The notes under the pieces: generated by a model | Databases searched by the model: none | What the model saw: the letters and a program-made list of their open reading frames with translations, nothing else | Told to the model about the DNA's origin: nothing | Part shown: one piece after another, positions 11,027-22,295 of the stretch | Layout: every line of letters begins with the position of its first letter | Numbering within the stretch: the stretch's first letter is position 1 | Translations under genes and position numbers: made by a program | Source: an uncultured Campylobacter sp. | Lineage (GTDB): Bacteria > Campylobacterota > Campylobacteria > Campylobacterales > Campylobacteraceae | DNA: 64,000 nt | Direction of reading: 5' to 3' | NCBI GenBank assembly: GCA_963518965.1 | Contig: CAUQMF010000001.1 | Location: 1,141 to 65,140 of the forward strand

Positions 11027-11096
11027 TTCTTATCCTTTTTTATAGTTTTAGTTTGTGCGGTTAAATTTGATTATTAGGGTGTGAAAGAGTCGCTGC

Positions 11097-11153
11097 CTAA
11101 CGCAGCAGCAGAAGTAGGGAGAAAAATGCGTTAAATTTGACGTTGCCGTTCAT
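11097..11153 (-). CDS. candidate leucine leader peptide MNGNVKFNAFFSLLLLLR
   Basis: Hand translation of the reverse strand gives ATG..CTA CTT CTG CTG CTG CGT TAG. SD is AAGGAGAGCGA-ATG. The ATG overlaps the pssA TGA (ATGA) and the stop lies 70 nt upstream of the leuA ATG. Too short for the ORF track. Confidence 0.5.
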   Translation of the reverse strand: MNGNVKFNAFFSLLLLLR

Positions 11154-11941
11154 TCGCTCTCCTTTTGAATTTTTTTGTTTTTAAATCTCATAAAAACGTA
11201 TCTGATTATACCGTAAGAAACATAAACGCTCATTAAAGTCGTAACAGCTTCTATAGGGCAAACGTAAATAGCCGAAAACGCAACCGTAAGTCCGACCAAG
11301 ATGCGCAAAAAATCGGCCCTTTTAAGATCTACTTTTTTAAAGCTCGGGTAGCGGATATTGCTCACCATCAAGACCGAAAGCAAAATTTGCAAAAACATCA
11401 AAAACCACTCGGCGCTTCTTGTAAAGTCGTATTCTAAGCTTAGCCCGACCCAAAATGCCGAAACGATCGCAGCCGTAGGTATCGGAAGGCCGATAAAAAC
11501 GGACGGCTCGTAAGTGCCCGTCATTACGTTAAACCGTGCAAGTCTAATAGCGCCAAAAACCACGAACAGCGCGGCTACTAGCGAACCCAAACGCCCAAAA
11601 CTATGTCCGACCGTAAAATAAAAAAGCATCGCCGGCGCAACGCCAAAGGCTATGACGTCTGCAAGACTGTCGAATTCTACGCCAAATTTTGACGTAGTTT
11701 TAGTTAGTCTCGCTACGCGTCCGTCAAGTCCGTCCAAAAATAGCGATAAAACTATGTAAATAATAGCCTTAAAAAAATAGCCGTTAGCTTCATCGTCTAG
11801 CCCTGCGCTAGCCGCGATATAGCCGCGCACGGAAGCGATAATGCTGATAATACCCAAAAAAGCCGAAGCAGCCGTGAATAAATTTGGCAAAATGTACATT
11901 AACTGAAGTTTATGCTGATTGTCTTGCATCTTTTTCCTCAT
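11150..11941 (-). CDS. pssA: CDP-diacylglycerol--serine O-phosphatidyltransferase
   Basis: CDP-alcohol phosphotransferase motif DGLDGRVAR...FDSLADV. The alternative ATG at 11929 has a better SD (GAGGAAAAAG). Confidence 0.9.
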   Translation of the reverse strand: MRKKMQDNQHKLQLMYILPNLFTAASAFLGIISIIASVRGYIAASAGLDDEANGYFFKAIIYIVLSLFLDGLDGRVARLTKTTSKFGVEFDSLADVIAFGVAPAMLFYFTVGHSFGRLGSLVAALFVVFGAIRLARFNVMTGTYEPSVFIGLPIPTAAIVSAFWVGLSLEYDFTRSAEWFLMFLQILLSVLMVSNIRYPSFKKVDLKRADFLRILVGLTVAFSAIYVCPIEAVTTLMSVYVSYGIIRYVFMRFKNKKIQKESE

Positions 11942-12554
11942 AGCTAAAAAACCCTAAAATGCCCGCACTCGCGACATTTTCGCCTACGCTGACGCTTATT
12001 CGAGTATTTGCGGGTAGTATCAAAATCACCTCGCCGCTACTTAAAAAGCCAAATCTCCTGCCCGCTTTTAGTCGGCTAAAATTTTCAAAAGAAATGCCTT
12101 TGCTAAGAGGCCCTGCGATGACGCGGATCGCAAATTTATTATTTGAGTTTTTACAGACAAACAAGGCTCGCTCGTTTAAATTTTTAGAAGCTTCCACAGC
12201 ATTACACAAAAACAGACCATGCCTTTGTTTGGCCTCTAAAAGCTCCATATCGCAAGGAGCTCTGAGTGCACCCGGGTCAAACACGCCCTTACGGATAGTT
12301 ATGGCTACGCACTGCGTGTCAAAATAGTAAATTTTATCTATACTTTTTATCTTACCGTCGATCGGACTAAGTACGGCGTATGCATCGTCGCTGCCTAGCG
12401 CTCTCTCGGGATTTCTGAACCAAAATACGCAAAGCGCAAAAAGCGCGAAAAATAAAATTTGACATACACCCAAAACCAGCGCAAGTAAAAGCAAAAGCCC
12501 TAAAACGAAAACGTATTTGTAGCCCTGTTTTGCGATTAGCCCGACGTTCTGCAT
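11910..12554 (-). CDS. psd: phosphatidylserine decarboxylase family protein (short form)
   Basis: 214 aa with N-terminal TM segments. Adjacent to pssA as Cj1115c/Cj1114c. C-terminal region FGFLSSGEV is compatible with the self-cleavage region. Confidence 0.75.
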   Translation of the reverse strand: MQNVGLIAKQGYKYVFVLGLLLLLALVLGVCQILFFALFALCVFWFRNPERALGSDDAYAVLSPIDGKIKSIDKIYYFDTQCVAITIRKGVFDPGALRAPCDMELLEAKQRHGLFLCNAVEASKNLNERALFVCKNSNNKFAIRVIAGPLSKGISFENFSRLKAGRRFGFLSSGEVILILPANTRISVSVGENVASAGILGFFSYEEKDARQSA

Positions 12555-12558
12555 ATCT

Positions 12559-14484
12559 TTACGCTTGTTCCTCTTTGTCTTCTAAATTTACGAGCCTACT
12601 AGGCAGACCGCGCTCTTTTTCGTAGTTTGCGATGATATCTCTAACTTTCGCGCCCTCGATAGTTTCCTCTTCGTAAAGCGCCTCAACCATCTTTTCTATC
12701 GCATCGCCGTAAGTTCTTAGCGTCTCAAGCACGTGTTTATAGCGCTCATCAAGCGTTGTTTTGATAAATTCATCCACTTTTTCCGCCGTCTTGTCGCTAT
12801 AGTCCCTATCGGCCTGACCGCCCGAGAGGAAGGTACTGCGGCGTTTTTCAAGCACCATAAGCCCAGCGATATCGCTCATGCCGTATATCGAGATCATCGA
12901 GCGAAGTATATCGGTAGCACGCTCTAGGTCGTTGCCCGCACCGGTTGAAATCTCTTTTATAAAGACCTCTTCCGCCGCGCGTCCAGCCAGAAGCACGTCC
13001 ACTTCGGCCATCAGCTCGTGACGCTGCATCATAAATTTATTCTCTTCAGGCGTGTGAAGCGTGTAGCCAAGTGCCGCAAGTCCGCGCGGTATGATTGATA
13101 CCTTGGTGACTCTGTTTGCGCCCTTGGTAGTCTCTGCTATGAGCGCGTGTCCGCTCTCGTGATAGGCCACGATGCGCTTTTCTTTAGGATTTATGCGGCG
13201 AGATTTTTTCTCAAGACCCGCGATCGCTCGCTCGACGGCCTCGAGTAAATCAGCCTGCTCGACTTTGCCTTTTTCTTTTCTGCCCGCTAGTAGCGCGGCC
13301 TCGTTTATGATGTTTGCCAGATCCGCACCCGCAAGGCCCGCCGTCATGCGCGCGATATCCTCGATACTGACGCTATGGTCAAGCTTGATGTCTTTCATAT
13401 GTACGCGTAAAATTTCGATCCTGCCTTTAAAATCAGGCTTATCGACGAGCACCTGCCTGTCAAATCTACCCGGCCTTAAAAGCGCGGCGTCAAGCACCTC
13501 GGGACGGTTCGTTGCGGCAAGCACGATAACGGGCGATGCATCCGAGCTAAAGCCGTCCATTTCGGCCAAAAGCTGGTTTAGCGTCTGCTCGCGCTCGTCG
13601 TTTCCGCCGATCATGCCGCTAGCTGCGCGGCTCTTGCCGATGGCGTCGATCTCGTCTATAAAGACGATCGCCGGAGCTTCTTTTTTTGCATTTTCAAAAA
13701 GATCCCTCACGCGGCTAGCGCCCACGCCGACGAACATCTCTATAAAGCTCGATCCCGAAACCGAGAAAAACGGAACGTCCGCTTCGCCCGCGACGGCTTT
13801 TGCCAGCAAGGTCTTACCGGTACCAGGAGGCCCCACCAAAAGCACGCCTTTTGGGATTTTAGCGCCCAAATTTATATACCTATCCGGATGCTTTAGAAAA
13901 TCCACAATCTCTTTAACTTCTTCTTTTGCTTCCTGCACGCCAGCCACGTCGGCAAATTTAACCTTCGGTTTTTCCGAGTTTACGAGCTTTTTAGAGCTTC
14001 CCATTCCAAGGATACCGCCGCCCATATTTCGCTGCATACGGCTAGCCAAAAACATCCAAATTCCAAAGAAAATAAAAATAGGAAGCACCCACGAGAAAAT
14101 CATCTCGGTAAACCAATTCGTCTCGCTATAGGCTCCGTAAGGAATCTTTTGCTCCTCTAAAAGAGGAACCAAAGTAGGGTCGCCCACCCTCTTTGCCGTA
14201 TAGACCGCACCGCCGTTATCCACGGCTTTTATCGAGGTTTCAGAGATGCCGACCTTTGCGACTTGTTTATTTTTTATCATCTCCTTTATATCAGAATACG
14301 ATAAATTTTTAGCAGTTACCGCGCTTTGTCCGGTTATCGGCATACCGTCTACGTCGCCGTTTAGCCCCTTAAACACTAGCACGACGACTACTGCGAAAAT
14401 CGCGAAAATCATAATCGGATTTTTATTAAAAAAGCCGTTTCCGCCGCTATTTAAATTTTTATCATCGTTTTTTCTGTTATCCAT
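12559..14484 (-). CDS. ftsH: ATP-dependent zinc metalloprotease FtsH
   Basis: Two N-terminal TMs, AAA+ Walker A GPPGTGKT, zinc site HESGH. 641 aa. Confidence 0.97.
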   Translation of the reverse strand: MDNRKNDDKNLNSGGNGFFNKNPIMIFAIFAVVVVLVFKGLNGDVDGMPITGQSAVTAKNLSYSDIKEMIKNKQVAKVGISETSIKAVDNGGAVYTAKRVGDPTLVPLLEEQKIPYGAYSETNWFTEMIFSWVLPIFIFFGIWMFLASRMQRNMGGGILGMGSSKKLVNSEKPKVKFADVAGVQEAKEEVKEIVDFLKHPDRYINLGAKIPKGVLLVGPPGTGKTLLAKAVAGEADVPFFSVSGSSFIEMFVGVGASRVRDLFENAKKEAPAIVFIDEIDAIGKSRAASGMIGGNDEREQTLNQLLAEMDGFSSDASPVIVLAATNRPEVLDAALLRPGRFDRQVLVDKPDFKGRIEILRVHMKDIKLDHSVSIEDIARMTAGLAGADLANIINEAALLAGRKEKGKVEQADLLEAVERAIAGLEKKSRRINPKEKRIVAYHESGHALIAETTKGANRVTKVSIIPRGLAALGYTLHTPEENKFMMQRHELMAEVDVLLAGRAAEEVFIKEISTGAGNDLERATDILRSMISIYGMSDIAGLMVLEKRRSTFLSGGQADRDYSDKTAEKVDEFIKTTLDERYKHVLETLRTYGDAIEKMVEALYEEETIEGAKVRDIIANYEKERGLPSRLVNLEDKEEQA

Positions 14485-14502
14485 TATGTTCCTTAAATTA
14501 TT

Positions 14503-15333
14503 TTACGCTTTTTGAAATACAAAGCTTTTCCACTCGTTTTTGGTTTGGCTCTCTACCAGCTTAAGCGACGAAAAAGCCTCTAAAATTCGCGTTTCGTATT
14601 TATCCAAAACGCCTGCTAAAACGAGATATGAGCCCTCTTTTAGCAAATTTGTTAAATCATTTTTTAGCATTAGTATCACGTCGGCGATGATGTTTGCGAC
14701 GACGACATCGTATTTTTTATCTAAATTCGCTACAGAACCGATCCAAATTTGGTTAAATTTAACCCCGTTTAGCTCGGCGTTTTTCTGCGAGCTTTGCACG
14801 GCCTGCTCGTCGGTATCGCAAGCATCCGTGACGCAGCCTAGCCTTGCTAGAGCGATGCTTAGTATCCCGCTTCCGCAGCCTACGTCAAGCGCGCTAATGC
14901 CGTTTGCGGCATATTTTTGCAGATACTCTATGCAAGCGCTCGTACTCTCGTGGTGACCCGAGCCAAAGGCAAGCGCGGGATCGATGATGATGTTTTCAAA
15001 CCCGTCTTTAGACTCTTCCCAGCTTGGGTGGATGTAAAATTTACCGATCTCTATCGGTCTAACGTTTTTTTTGTATTCGTTTAGCCAGTCTTTATTTTCT
15101 TTTTGGCTTTTTGTTATCTTAAATTCGATCTCGCGGCCGAGCACATCTTGTAGAGATTTTGCGTATTCTCGTAGGCCAAATTCCACTTCGTCTAGCTCGT
15201 CTTCGTCTCGGATGATAAACCCGCCGGCAGTCTCCTGCGTACAAGTAACGCCCAAAGAAAAAACAAGATCTTCAAAAAGTTCGCGAAGCTCCTGCGAACA
15301 AAGAACTTCAAGCTCGTAAAATTTATCTTTCAA
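14503..15333 (-). CDS. prmA: ribosomal protein L11 methyltransferase
   Basis: 276 aa, SAM-binding motif LDVGCGSGILS. ftsH-prmA-cheY order as Cj1116c-Cj1118c. Confidence 0.9.
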   Translation of the reverse strand: MKDKFYELEVLCSQELRELFEDLVFSLGVTCTQETAGGFIIRDEDELDEVEFGLREYAKSLQDVLGREIEFKITKSQKENKDWLNEYKKNVRPIEIGKFYIHPSWEESKDGFENIIIDPALAFGSGHHESTSACIEYLQKYAANGISALDVGCGSGILSIALARLGCVTDACDTDEQAVQSSQKNAELNGVKFNQIWIGSVANLDKKYDVVVANIIADVILMLKNDLTNLLKEGSYLVLAGVLDKYETRILEAFSSLKLVESQTKNEWKSFVFQKA

Positions 15334-15345
15334 ATTTACGCTCTT

Positions 15346-15711
15346 TTAGCCTAAGACGTCTTCAAGTTTTTCTTTTAAAACTTGCGGCGTAAACGGCTTT
15401 ACGATGTAGTTATTGACGCCTGCTTTTAGCGCGGTGATGACCTCGGCTTTACCGCCCTCGGTCGTTACCATGATGATAGGCATATCGACGTATTTTGCCT
15501 CGGCGCGGACCTTTTTTACGAGCTCAAGGCCGTTCATCTCAGGCATATTCCAGTCGGTGATAAGCACGTTTATATCGCTGTGCTGACCCAAAATTTGCCA
15601 TGCTTCGACTCCGTGCTCGGCCTCCAAAATTTCTTGATGTCCGAGCCTTTGTAGGGTGTTTTTTATAATTCTTCTCATAGTAGAGCTGTCGTCGACTACT
15701 AGTATTTTCAC
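15346..15711 (-). CDS. cheY: chemotaxis response regulator CheY
   Basis: 121-aa receiver domain (VVDDSSTMRR, ITDWNMPEMNG, KPF). Near-identical N-terminus to the remembered C. jejuni CheY. GTG start after AAGGA. Confidence 0.95.
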   Translation of the reverse strand: MKILVVDDSSTMRRIIKNTLQRLGHQEILEAEHGVEAWQILGQHSDINVLITDWNMPEMNGLELVKKVRAEAKYVDMPIIMVTTEGGKAEVITALKAGVNNYIVKPFTPQVLKEKLEDVLG

Positions 15712-15739
15712 AATCGCATCCTTTTTTAAAAAATGTCCA

Positions 15740-15748
15740 ATTCTAGCA
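15740..15748 (-). promoter_or_regulatory. putative extended -10 promoter element for cheY
   Basis: The reverse strand reads TGCTAGAAT (TGnTAnAAT) about 29 nt upstream of the cheY GTG, with an AT-rich upstream tract. Confidence 0.35.
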
Positions 15749-15777
15749 AATTTTATATTTAAATTTACTTTAAAAAT

Positions 15778-16488
15778 TTATCGGCCCAGTTTAAAGGCCC
15801 CTTTTAGATCGAGCGTCCCTTCGTAGTACGCCTTACCCACGATCGCTCCGTAAACGTCTCCCGCGCGCATTAACGCCTCGATATCGGAGATATCTTTTAC
15901 GCCGCCGCTTGCGATCGTATTTATACCGCTTGCCTTTGCGATTTGCGATGTAAACTCCACATTCACGCCGCTAAGGGTGCCGTCTTTTGAGATGTCGGTG
16001 CAGATTATCGCTTCGACTCCGGCTCCGGCAAATTTAGTCGCCAGCTCGGTCGCCCTCATCTGCGATACCTCCGCCCAGCCCTGCACGGCAACGAAACCGT
16101 CTTTTGCGTCTATGCCGACGGCGACGCGGTATTTTTGCGCCATTTCTTTAGTAAAATTCGGATCTTTTAGCGCTACCGAGCCCAAGATAACGCGCGTTAT
16201 GCCGCTATCAAGATAGCTTTTTATTCGCGCTTCGTCGCGTATCCCGCCGCCGATTTGGATTTGTAAATTTACGGCTTTTGCGATCTTTTCTACGGTTTTT
16301 AGATTTACCGCTTCGCCCGCAAACGCCCCGTCAAGATCGACGACGTGAAGCCACTTTGCGCCCATATCTTCAAATCTTTTGGCTAGCTCCCAAGGCGCAT
16401 CCGAGTAGATTTTGGCGCTACTCATTTCGCCTTTAAAAAGCCGAACCGCCTTGCCCTCTTTTAAATCTATCGCAGGGAAAATTTCCAT
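15778..16488 (-). CDS. hisA: HisA, 1-(5-phosphoribosyl)-5-[(5-phosphoribosylamino)methylideneamino]imidazole-4-carboxamide isomerase
   Basis: [15 protein letters not shown]-terminus and (beta/alpha)8 phosphate-binding GGGIR / SGGV motifs. ATG 16488 overlaps the hisH TGA; a GTG at 16491 is also possible. Confidence 0.92.
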   Translation of the reverse strand: MEIFPAIDLKEGKAVRLFKGEMSSAKIYSDAPWELAKRFEDMGAKWLHVVDLDGAFAGEAVNLKTVEKIAKAVNLQIQIGGGIRDEARIKSYLDSGITRVILGSVALKDPNFTKEMAQKYRVAVGIDAKDGFVAVQGWAEVSQMRATELATKFAGAGVEAIICTDISKDGTLSGVNVEFTSQIAKASGINTIASGGVKDISDIEALMRAGDVYGAIVGKAYYEGTLDLKGAFKLGR

Positions 16489-17099
16489 CACATCTCTCCG
16501 AAATTTCGTAAAATTTTAAGTCCCGTCTCATGGCTCTTTTCGGGGTGCGGCTGAAAACCGAAAATATTATCTTTATGCACCGCGCTCACGAATTTATAGC
16601 CGTACTCTGTAAAGCCAAGCGCCGCATCTTCCTCGCAAACTACGTGATAAGAGTGCACGAAATACAAATACTCGCTAACAGCCAAGCCCTTATTTATCGG
16701 CATTTGTTTGGTAAAATTTATCGTATTCCACCCCGTGTGAGGCACCTTTAGCGGCGCGTCAAATTTGGACGGGTCAAATTTAACCACTCGTCCTTTTACG
16801 AGCCCAAGACCATCGTTTACACCAAACTCCTCGCTTTGCTCAAAAAGCAACTGCATACCAAGACAAATGCCCAAAAACGGCTTTCCGCCGGCTACGGCCT
16901 CTTTTATCGCTGGGATAAAATCTCTATCTTTTAGCTTATCCATCGCTTCGCCAAAAGCTCCGACACCTGGCAAAATAATCTTATCAAATTTACCTAGCTC
17001 CTCGCCGCGACCGACGAGTTTCGCCTTTAAATTTAAACTCTCAAACGCGTTTAAAACGCTCCTTAAATTTCCCGCGCCGTAGTCGATGATACCGATCAA
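16488..17099 (-). CDS. hisH: imidazole glycerol phosphate synthase, glutamine amidotransferase subunit HisH
   Basis: Class I GATase with nucleophile elbow GICLGMQ and the C-terminal His/Glu pair in QPHPEKS. 203 aa. Start overlaps the upstream gene's stop by 4 nt. Confidence 0.92.
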   Translation of the reverse strand: MIGIIDYGAGNLRSVLNAFESLNLKAKLVGRGEELGKFDKIILPGVGAFGEAMDKLKDRDFIPAIKEAVAGGKPFLGICLGMQLLFEQSEEFGVNDGLGLVKGRVVKFDPSKFDAPLKVPHTGWNTINFTKQMPINKGLAVSEYLYFVHSYHVVCEEDAALGFTEYGYKFVSAVHKDNIFGFQPHPEKSHETGLKILRNFGEM

Positions 17100-17992
17100 T
17101 GCGAGCTCCTTTGCTTTGTAGCAAAAAGATAAACGCTAAGCGCGACCATCAGCATCGCAACGCCGCCGATGAGATAAATCGCGTTTATGATGTGATCGGG
17201 CGCCGTGATGGCAAATTTAAACACGAGCATCAGCGCCTCGATCGCAAGCGCGATGATGATCGATCCGATAAATCTAATCATCGTCTTGTTTTCCATATCT
17301 TCGCCGCGTTTACTTTTACCCAGCACCTCTTCTTCAAATATCGCTTTAACCAGATCAAAGATCGCAAGCGCCAGCGTCAGCACGATCGTATGCTCAAACA
17401 TCTTTTCTACTTCGATATTTAAAAGATCGTTAGCCAAAAGCCCCTTGAGCGCGTCGGCGAACAAAAACAAGGCTATAATAAAAAGCGCGACCGAAAACGC
17501 GGCGTAAACAGTTTTTAAAAATTTGCCGAAGTAGCTCTCTAATCTGCCGTGGGAGATGATGGCTAGGATATTTTCTAGCGAAACGTCGATACAAGCGACG
17601 AATTTTAACTCCCCTTTGTCGTCATATATCGGTGTGGACGCCGTCACGCACAGCTCGCCCGTTAGCGAGGACGGATACGGGTCGCTTAGCACGCAGCGCT
17701 TCTCGCGCACCGCGGTGTAATAATAAGACTTATTGCTGCAGTTTTCGCCGCCGCCGGCTTTATATTTTTCGTTTAGGCTCACTGCGTCGCCTATCTGCAC
17801 GCCGTTTGCGTCAAGTACGTAAAACGCGTCAAAGCCCTCTATCTCGTGCGCCATTTTATCAAAGCCGCTTTTTATCGACTCGGCGTTTACCCCCGGTAGC
17901 CTGTTTGGCAAATTTTTACTAAAAAGATAGCATATATAGGCTCTAGCCTTGTATCTTAACTCTGAAAACCTCTGTATATCTTGTAACGTCAA
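17096..17992 (-). CDS. pglG: PglG-position membrane protein (N-terminal sensor-like domain plus C-terminal TM helices)
   Basis: 298 aa, the size and position (just after pglF) of C. jejuni Cj1119c PglG (297 aa). Soluble N-terminal half followed by about 4 TM helices. The call rests mainly on synteny. Confidence 0.55.
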   Translation of the reverse strand: MTLQDIQRFSELRYKARAYICYLFSKNLPNRLPGVNAESIKSGFDKMAHEIEGFDAFYVLDANGVQIGDAVSLNEKYKAGGGENCSNKSYYYTAVREKRCVLSDPYPSSLTGELCVTASTPIYDDKGELKFVACIDVSLENILAIISHGRLESYFGKFLKTVYAAFSVALFIIALFLFADALKGLLANDLLNIEVEKMFEHTIVLTLALAIFDLVKAIFEEEVLGKSKRGEDMENKTMIRFIGSIIIALAIEALMLVFKFAITAPDHIINAIYLIGGVAMLMVALSVYLFATKQRSSH

Positions 17993-17994
17993 AT

Positions 17995-19773
17995 TTATTC
18001 CTTATTTAGCGCGTGATTAAACTCCGGCACGATCTCTTTGAGCGCCGCCGCGACATCGTCCGCGTGCGTTAAATTTTCGATTTGCTCGTTTAGTTTAGCC
18101 ACGTCGTATTCGCCCGAGTGCGTCACGAAAATAGACTGAAACTCGGTTTTTACGTCGTCTTTGTTTATTAAAAGCTCCTCGTAAAGCTTCTCTCCAGGGC
18201 GAAGGCCGACGAATTCGACGCCTAGGTGCTCCTTGTTTGATAAAATCAGCATCTTTTTAGCTAGATCTGCGATCTTTATCGGCTCGCCCATATCAAGCAC
18301 GAAGAGCTCGCCGCCCTTTGCGATCGAGGCGGCCTGAAGCACGAGCTGACAGGCCTCGGAGACCAGCATAAAATACCTCGTGATATCCGGATGCGTGACG
18401 GTTAGCGGTTTATTATTTTCGATTTGTTCTTTAAATTTCGGTATTACGCTGCCGCTTGATCCTAGAACGTTACCGAAGCGTACCGCGACGATCTCGGTTT
18501 TGGCAGGCAAATTCGAGTTTAGCGCGTAAAGCTCGCACACGCGTTTAGTCGCACCCATGATATTTGTCGGGCGCACGGCCTTATCGGACGAGATCATCAC
18601 GACCTTGCTAACGCCGTATTCTATGGACAAATCAATCAAAATTTTAGTGCCGATTATGTTATTTACGACCGCGGCTTTAGGGTTTGCTTCGCAAAGCGGC
18701 ACGTGCTTATAGGCTGCGGCGTGGATCGCGATCTGCGGTTTAAACTCCTCAAACACCGCGCGCAAGTCCGCTTCGTTTACGATATTTATCATCTTGCTCA
18801 CGGTTTTGTCGCTGTGAGTTATCTCGCCGATTTTATAGAGATTAAACTCGCTGTGATCGATCATGATTAGCTTGCTAACGCCAAATTTTAGGCACTGCTT
18901 GCAAATTTCGCTACCGATACTGCCGCCGGCTCCCGTGACCAAAACGACCTTACCGCCTAAAAATTTCTCCACCGCGCTACTATCTAGGTCTTTTGGCTTT
19001 CTAGCTAGCAGATCCTCGATCGAGATATCTTTGATAGCGTCCTTGCCGGTGCCAAACATAGAAAAAATCTTGATATCGCGGATACCGTAAGCCGTAAGCT
19101 CGTCAAAAAGCTCCGCTAGCTCGTCTTGACCCAGCGCTAGCGCGATGATAGCGGTTTTTACGTTGTACTCTTTGATCAAATTTGCGATTTCGCTCTTTGG
19201 CTGCACTAAAAATCCGTCGCAGTAAGTGCCGACTAGATCGCTCCTGCCGTCTACCACGCCCACGGCATATAGATCGATATAGCCCTGCCTAAGCCCCTTT
19301 AAAACGTGAAGCGCCTTTGACGTGGCGCCGATAACGACGCAAGGCTCGCCCGTGTGCGGCTTTTTAGAAAAGTCTAAAAACATGCGCTTGGCGATCCTTA
19401 AATTTCCGATTAGCAGGCACGAGATAACGGCGTCGATAAAAATCACGCTTCGCGGAAACGGGTTAAAAAGACTAGGCGCCGCAAAATAAACGATCCAAAA
19501 GCAAACGATCGCGCAAAGATGAACGAGGAAAATTTTCCTCGCCTCATTTAGTCCAAAAAATCTCCACGGCACCTTGTAAATTTTAAAAAGCCACATGAAA
19601 AATAGCTTTAAAACCACCATCGTAGCGCAGCCAGCGACCAGTCCGCCTCTAAAATAATCAGGCAGCACGCCGCTAAATCTAAGCAGATACGCCAGATAAA
19701 ACGACGCGACGAATATCGCGACGTCAAAACCCAGGAAAAACGCAAGCCGCTTTAGCTTCGTCGCCTTAAACAT
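17995..19773 (-). CDS. pglF: UDP-GlcNAc C6 (4,6-) dehydratase PglF
   Basis: 592 aa, four N-terminal TMs, SDR Rossmann [11 protein letters not shown], polysaccharide-biosynthesis CapD-type core. Synteny with pglE. Confidence 0.9.
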   Translation of the reverse strand: MFKATKLKRLAFFLGFDVAIFVASFYLAYLLRFSGVLPDYFRGGLVAGCATMVVLKLFFMWLFKIYKVPWRFFGLNEARKIFLVHLCAIVCFWIVYFAAPSLFNPFPRSVIFIDAVISCLLIGNLRIAKRMFLDFSKKPHTGEPCVVIGATSKALHVLKGLRQGYIDLYAVGVVDGRSDLVGTYCDGFLVQPKSEIANLIKEYNVKTAIIALALGQDELAELFDELTAYGIRDIKIFSMFGTGKDAIKDISIEDLLARKPKDLDSSAVEKFLGGKVVLVTGAGGSIGSEICKQCLKFGVSKLIMIDHSEFNLYKIGEITHSDKTVSKMINIVNEADLRAVFEEFKPQIAIHAAAYKHVPLCEANPKAAVVNNIIGTKILIDLSIEYGVSKVVMISSDKAVRPTNIMGATKRVCELYALNSNLPAKTEIVAVRFGNVLGSSGSVIPKFKEQIENNKPLTVTHPDITRYFMLVSEACQLVLQAASIAKGGELFVLDMGEPIKIADLAKKMLILSNKEHLGVEFVGLRPGEKLYEELLINKDDVKTEFQSIFVTHSGEYDVAKLNEQIENLTHADDVAAALKEIVPEFNHALNKE

Positions 19774-20871
<1,098 letters not shown>

Positions 20872-20887
20872 TTAAAGAAATTTACGC

Positions 20888-20896
20888 ATTGTAGCA
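20888..20896 (-). promoter_or_regulatory. putative internal promoter (extended -10) for pglE-pglF-pglG-hisHA
   Basis: The reverse strand reads TGCTACAAT about 26 nt upstream of the pglE ATG, inside a 229-nt AT-rich gap (20863-21091). This is the position occupied by wlaJ in C. jejuni NCTC 11168. Confidence 0.35.
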
Positions 20897-21091
20897 CTTA
20901 AAATCTAAATATTTTTATAAAAACTCGTTTAAAGTCGCTTTTAGAGTGTAGAAAATGGGGATTTTGTTAAGTTTTGCGTCAAAATATATTTTAAAACGGT
21001 AAATTTGACGCTTCGCGGGATACTTTATCTATTTTGCCTGCGCCGTCCTTTGTAGCTACGAGCGCAAATTTGACAAACGATATTTTGGCTC

Positions 21092-21703
21092 TCAAATTTC
21101 GCTCAAATTTCGCCTAACTTTAGCGGGATTACCGTAGGCGACGCTACAGTCTGCGATATCTCTTACTACGGCGCTACCCGCTCCTATGACGCAGTTTGCG
21201 CCGATTTTTACGCACTGCACTACGCATGAACCTATGCCTACGTGGGTATTTTGCCCAACTATCACGCCGCCTGCTAGCGCAGCGTTTGGGCTAACGTGGG
21301 CAAAATCGCCGATCTCGCAGTCATGCTCTATGATCGCGCCCGTGTTTATTATGGCGCCCTCGCCCACCACCGCGTGCGCGTTTATGACGGCGTGCGGCAT
21401 TACGACCGCGCCCTCGCCTATTTGCGCGCTCTTGCTTACCACCGCACTTGGATGGATCAAGTGTGCAACGCCAAAGCCCGCGTTTTTTACTCTTTCTTGC
21501 AGGATGCGTCTGATTTTATTATCTCCGATAGCTACGATCACGTCCGCTTTTTCCAGGCTCGGGTCAAATTTGAGCACGTTTTTGCCGTCAAATTTAGCGT
21601 CGTCCAAAAACACGACCTCGCGGTATCCGCAGGCTCTTGCCACGTCCGCTACTACCGCCCCATGCCCGCTAAAGCCGTAAACGTAAATTTTAGTTGCGGC
21701 CAT
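21092..21703 (-). CDS. pglD: UDP-4-amino-4,6-dideoxy-GlcNAc N-acetyltransferase PglD
   Basis: 203 aa. N-terminal [11 protein letters not shown] Rossmann-like domain plus C-terminal hexapeptide (left-handed beta-helix) repeats. Synteny. Confidence 0.88.
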   Translation of the reverse strand: MAATKIYVYGFSGHGAVVADVARACGYREVVFLDDAKFDGKNVLKFDPSLEKADVIVAIGDNKIRRILQERVKNAGFGVAHLIHPSAVVSKSAQIGEGAVVMPHAVINAHAVVGEGAIINTGAIIEHDCEIGDFAHVSPNAALAGGVIVGQNTHVGIGSCVVQCVKIGANCVIGAGSAVVRDIADCSVAYGNPAKVRRNLSEI

Positions 21704-22295
21704 TAAATTTCTCCGTCGTGGCCATGCCTTCTTTACTTACACCGCTTCGTTTTAACACCTTTTGCACCGTTAAAATCGCGATTTTCACGTCCAGCGTAAA
21801 GCTAAGCTCGCGGACGTATCTCGCGTCAAATTTAAACTTCTCCGCCCAGCTGATCGCGTTGCGGCCGTTTACCTGCGCTAGTCCCGTGATACCCGGTCTC
21901 ACGTCATGGCGGGTTGCCTGCTCGGCGTCGTAAAGAGGCAGGTACTCAACCAAAAGCGGACGCGGCCCGATGAAGCTCATATCGCCTTTTAGCACGTTAA
22001 AAAGCTGCGGCAACTCATCAAGGCTCAGGCTTCGGATGGTCTTGCCGACGCCGCTTAGGCGCAGCTCGTCGGGCAGCAGTTCGCCGTCCGCACCGCGCTC
22101 GTCGCTCATCGTTTTAAATTTGTAAATTTTAAAAATTTTAGCGTGCAAACCCGGGCGCGCCTGCGTAAAAATGACGTCCTTGCTAACCTTAAAATATATC
22201 AAAACTGCAACAACCGCCATAATCGGCAGCGTCAGTACGATTAAAAAAATCGCACCGCAAATATCCAGTAATCTCTTAAAAAACGCTCTATACAT
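21690..22295 (-). CDS. pglC: undecaprenyl-phosphate diNAcBac-1-phosphate transferase PglC (small phosphoglycosyl transferase)
   Basis: 201 aa with a single N-terminal re-entrant helix. [24 protein letters not shown] matches the remembered C. jejuni PglC. Confidence 0.92.
   Translation of the reverse strand: MYRAFFKRLLDICGAIFLIVLTLPIMAVVAVLIYFKVSKDVIFTQARPGLHAKIFKIYKFKTMSDERGADGELLPDELRLSGVGKTIRSLSLDELPQLFNVLKGDMSFIGPRPLLVEYLPLYDAEQATRHDVRPGITGLAQVNGRNAISWAEKFKFDARYVRELSFTLDVKIAILTVQKVLKRSGVSKEGMATTEKFNGRN

Noticed and set aside
13172-14131. 319-aa ORF on the + strand
   Set aside because: It lies entirely antisense to the unambiguous ftsH gene. The translation is Ser/Ala/Pro/Phe-rich low-complexity sequence typical of the shadow frame of a highly expressed gene, and there is no SD.
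21186-21706. Two overlapping + strand ORFs (164 and 136 aa)
   Set aside because: They are antisense to pglD. The repetitive hexapeptide-repeat coding sequence keeps the opposite frames open. The translations are low-complexity (Ala/Thr/Pro or Arg/Tyr/His-rich).
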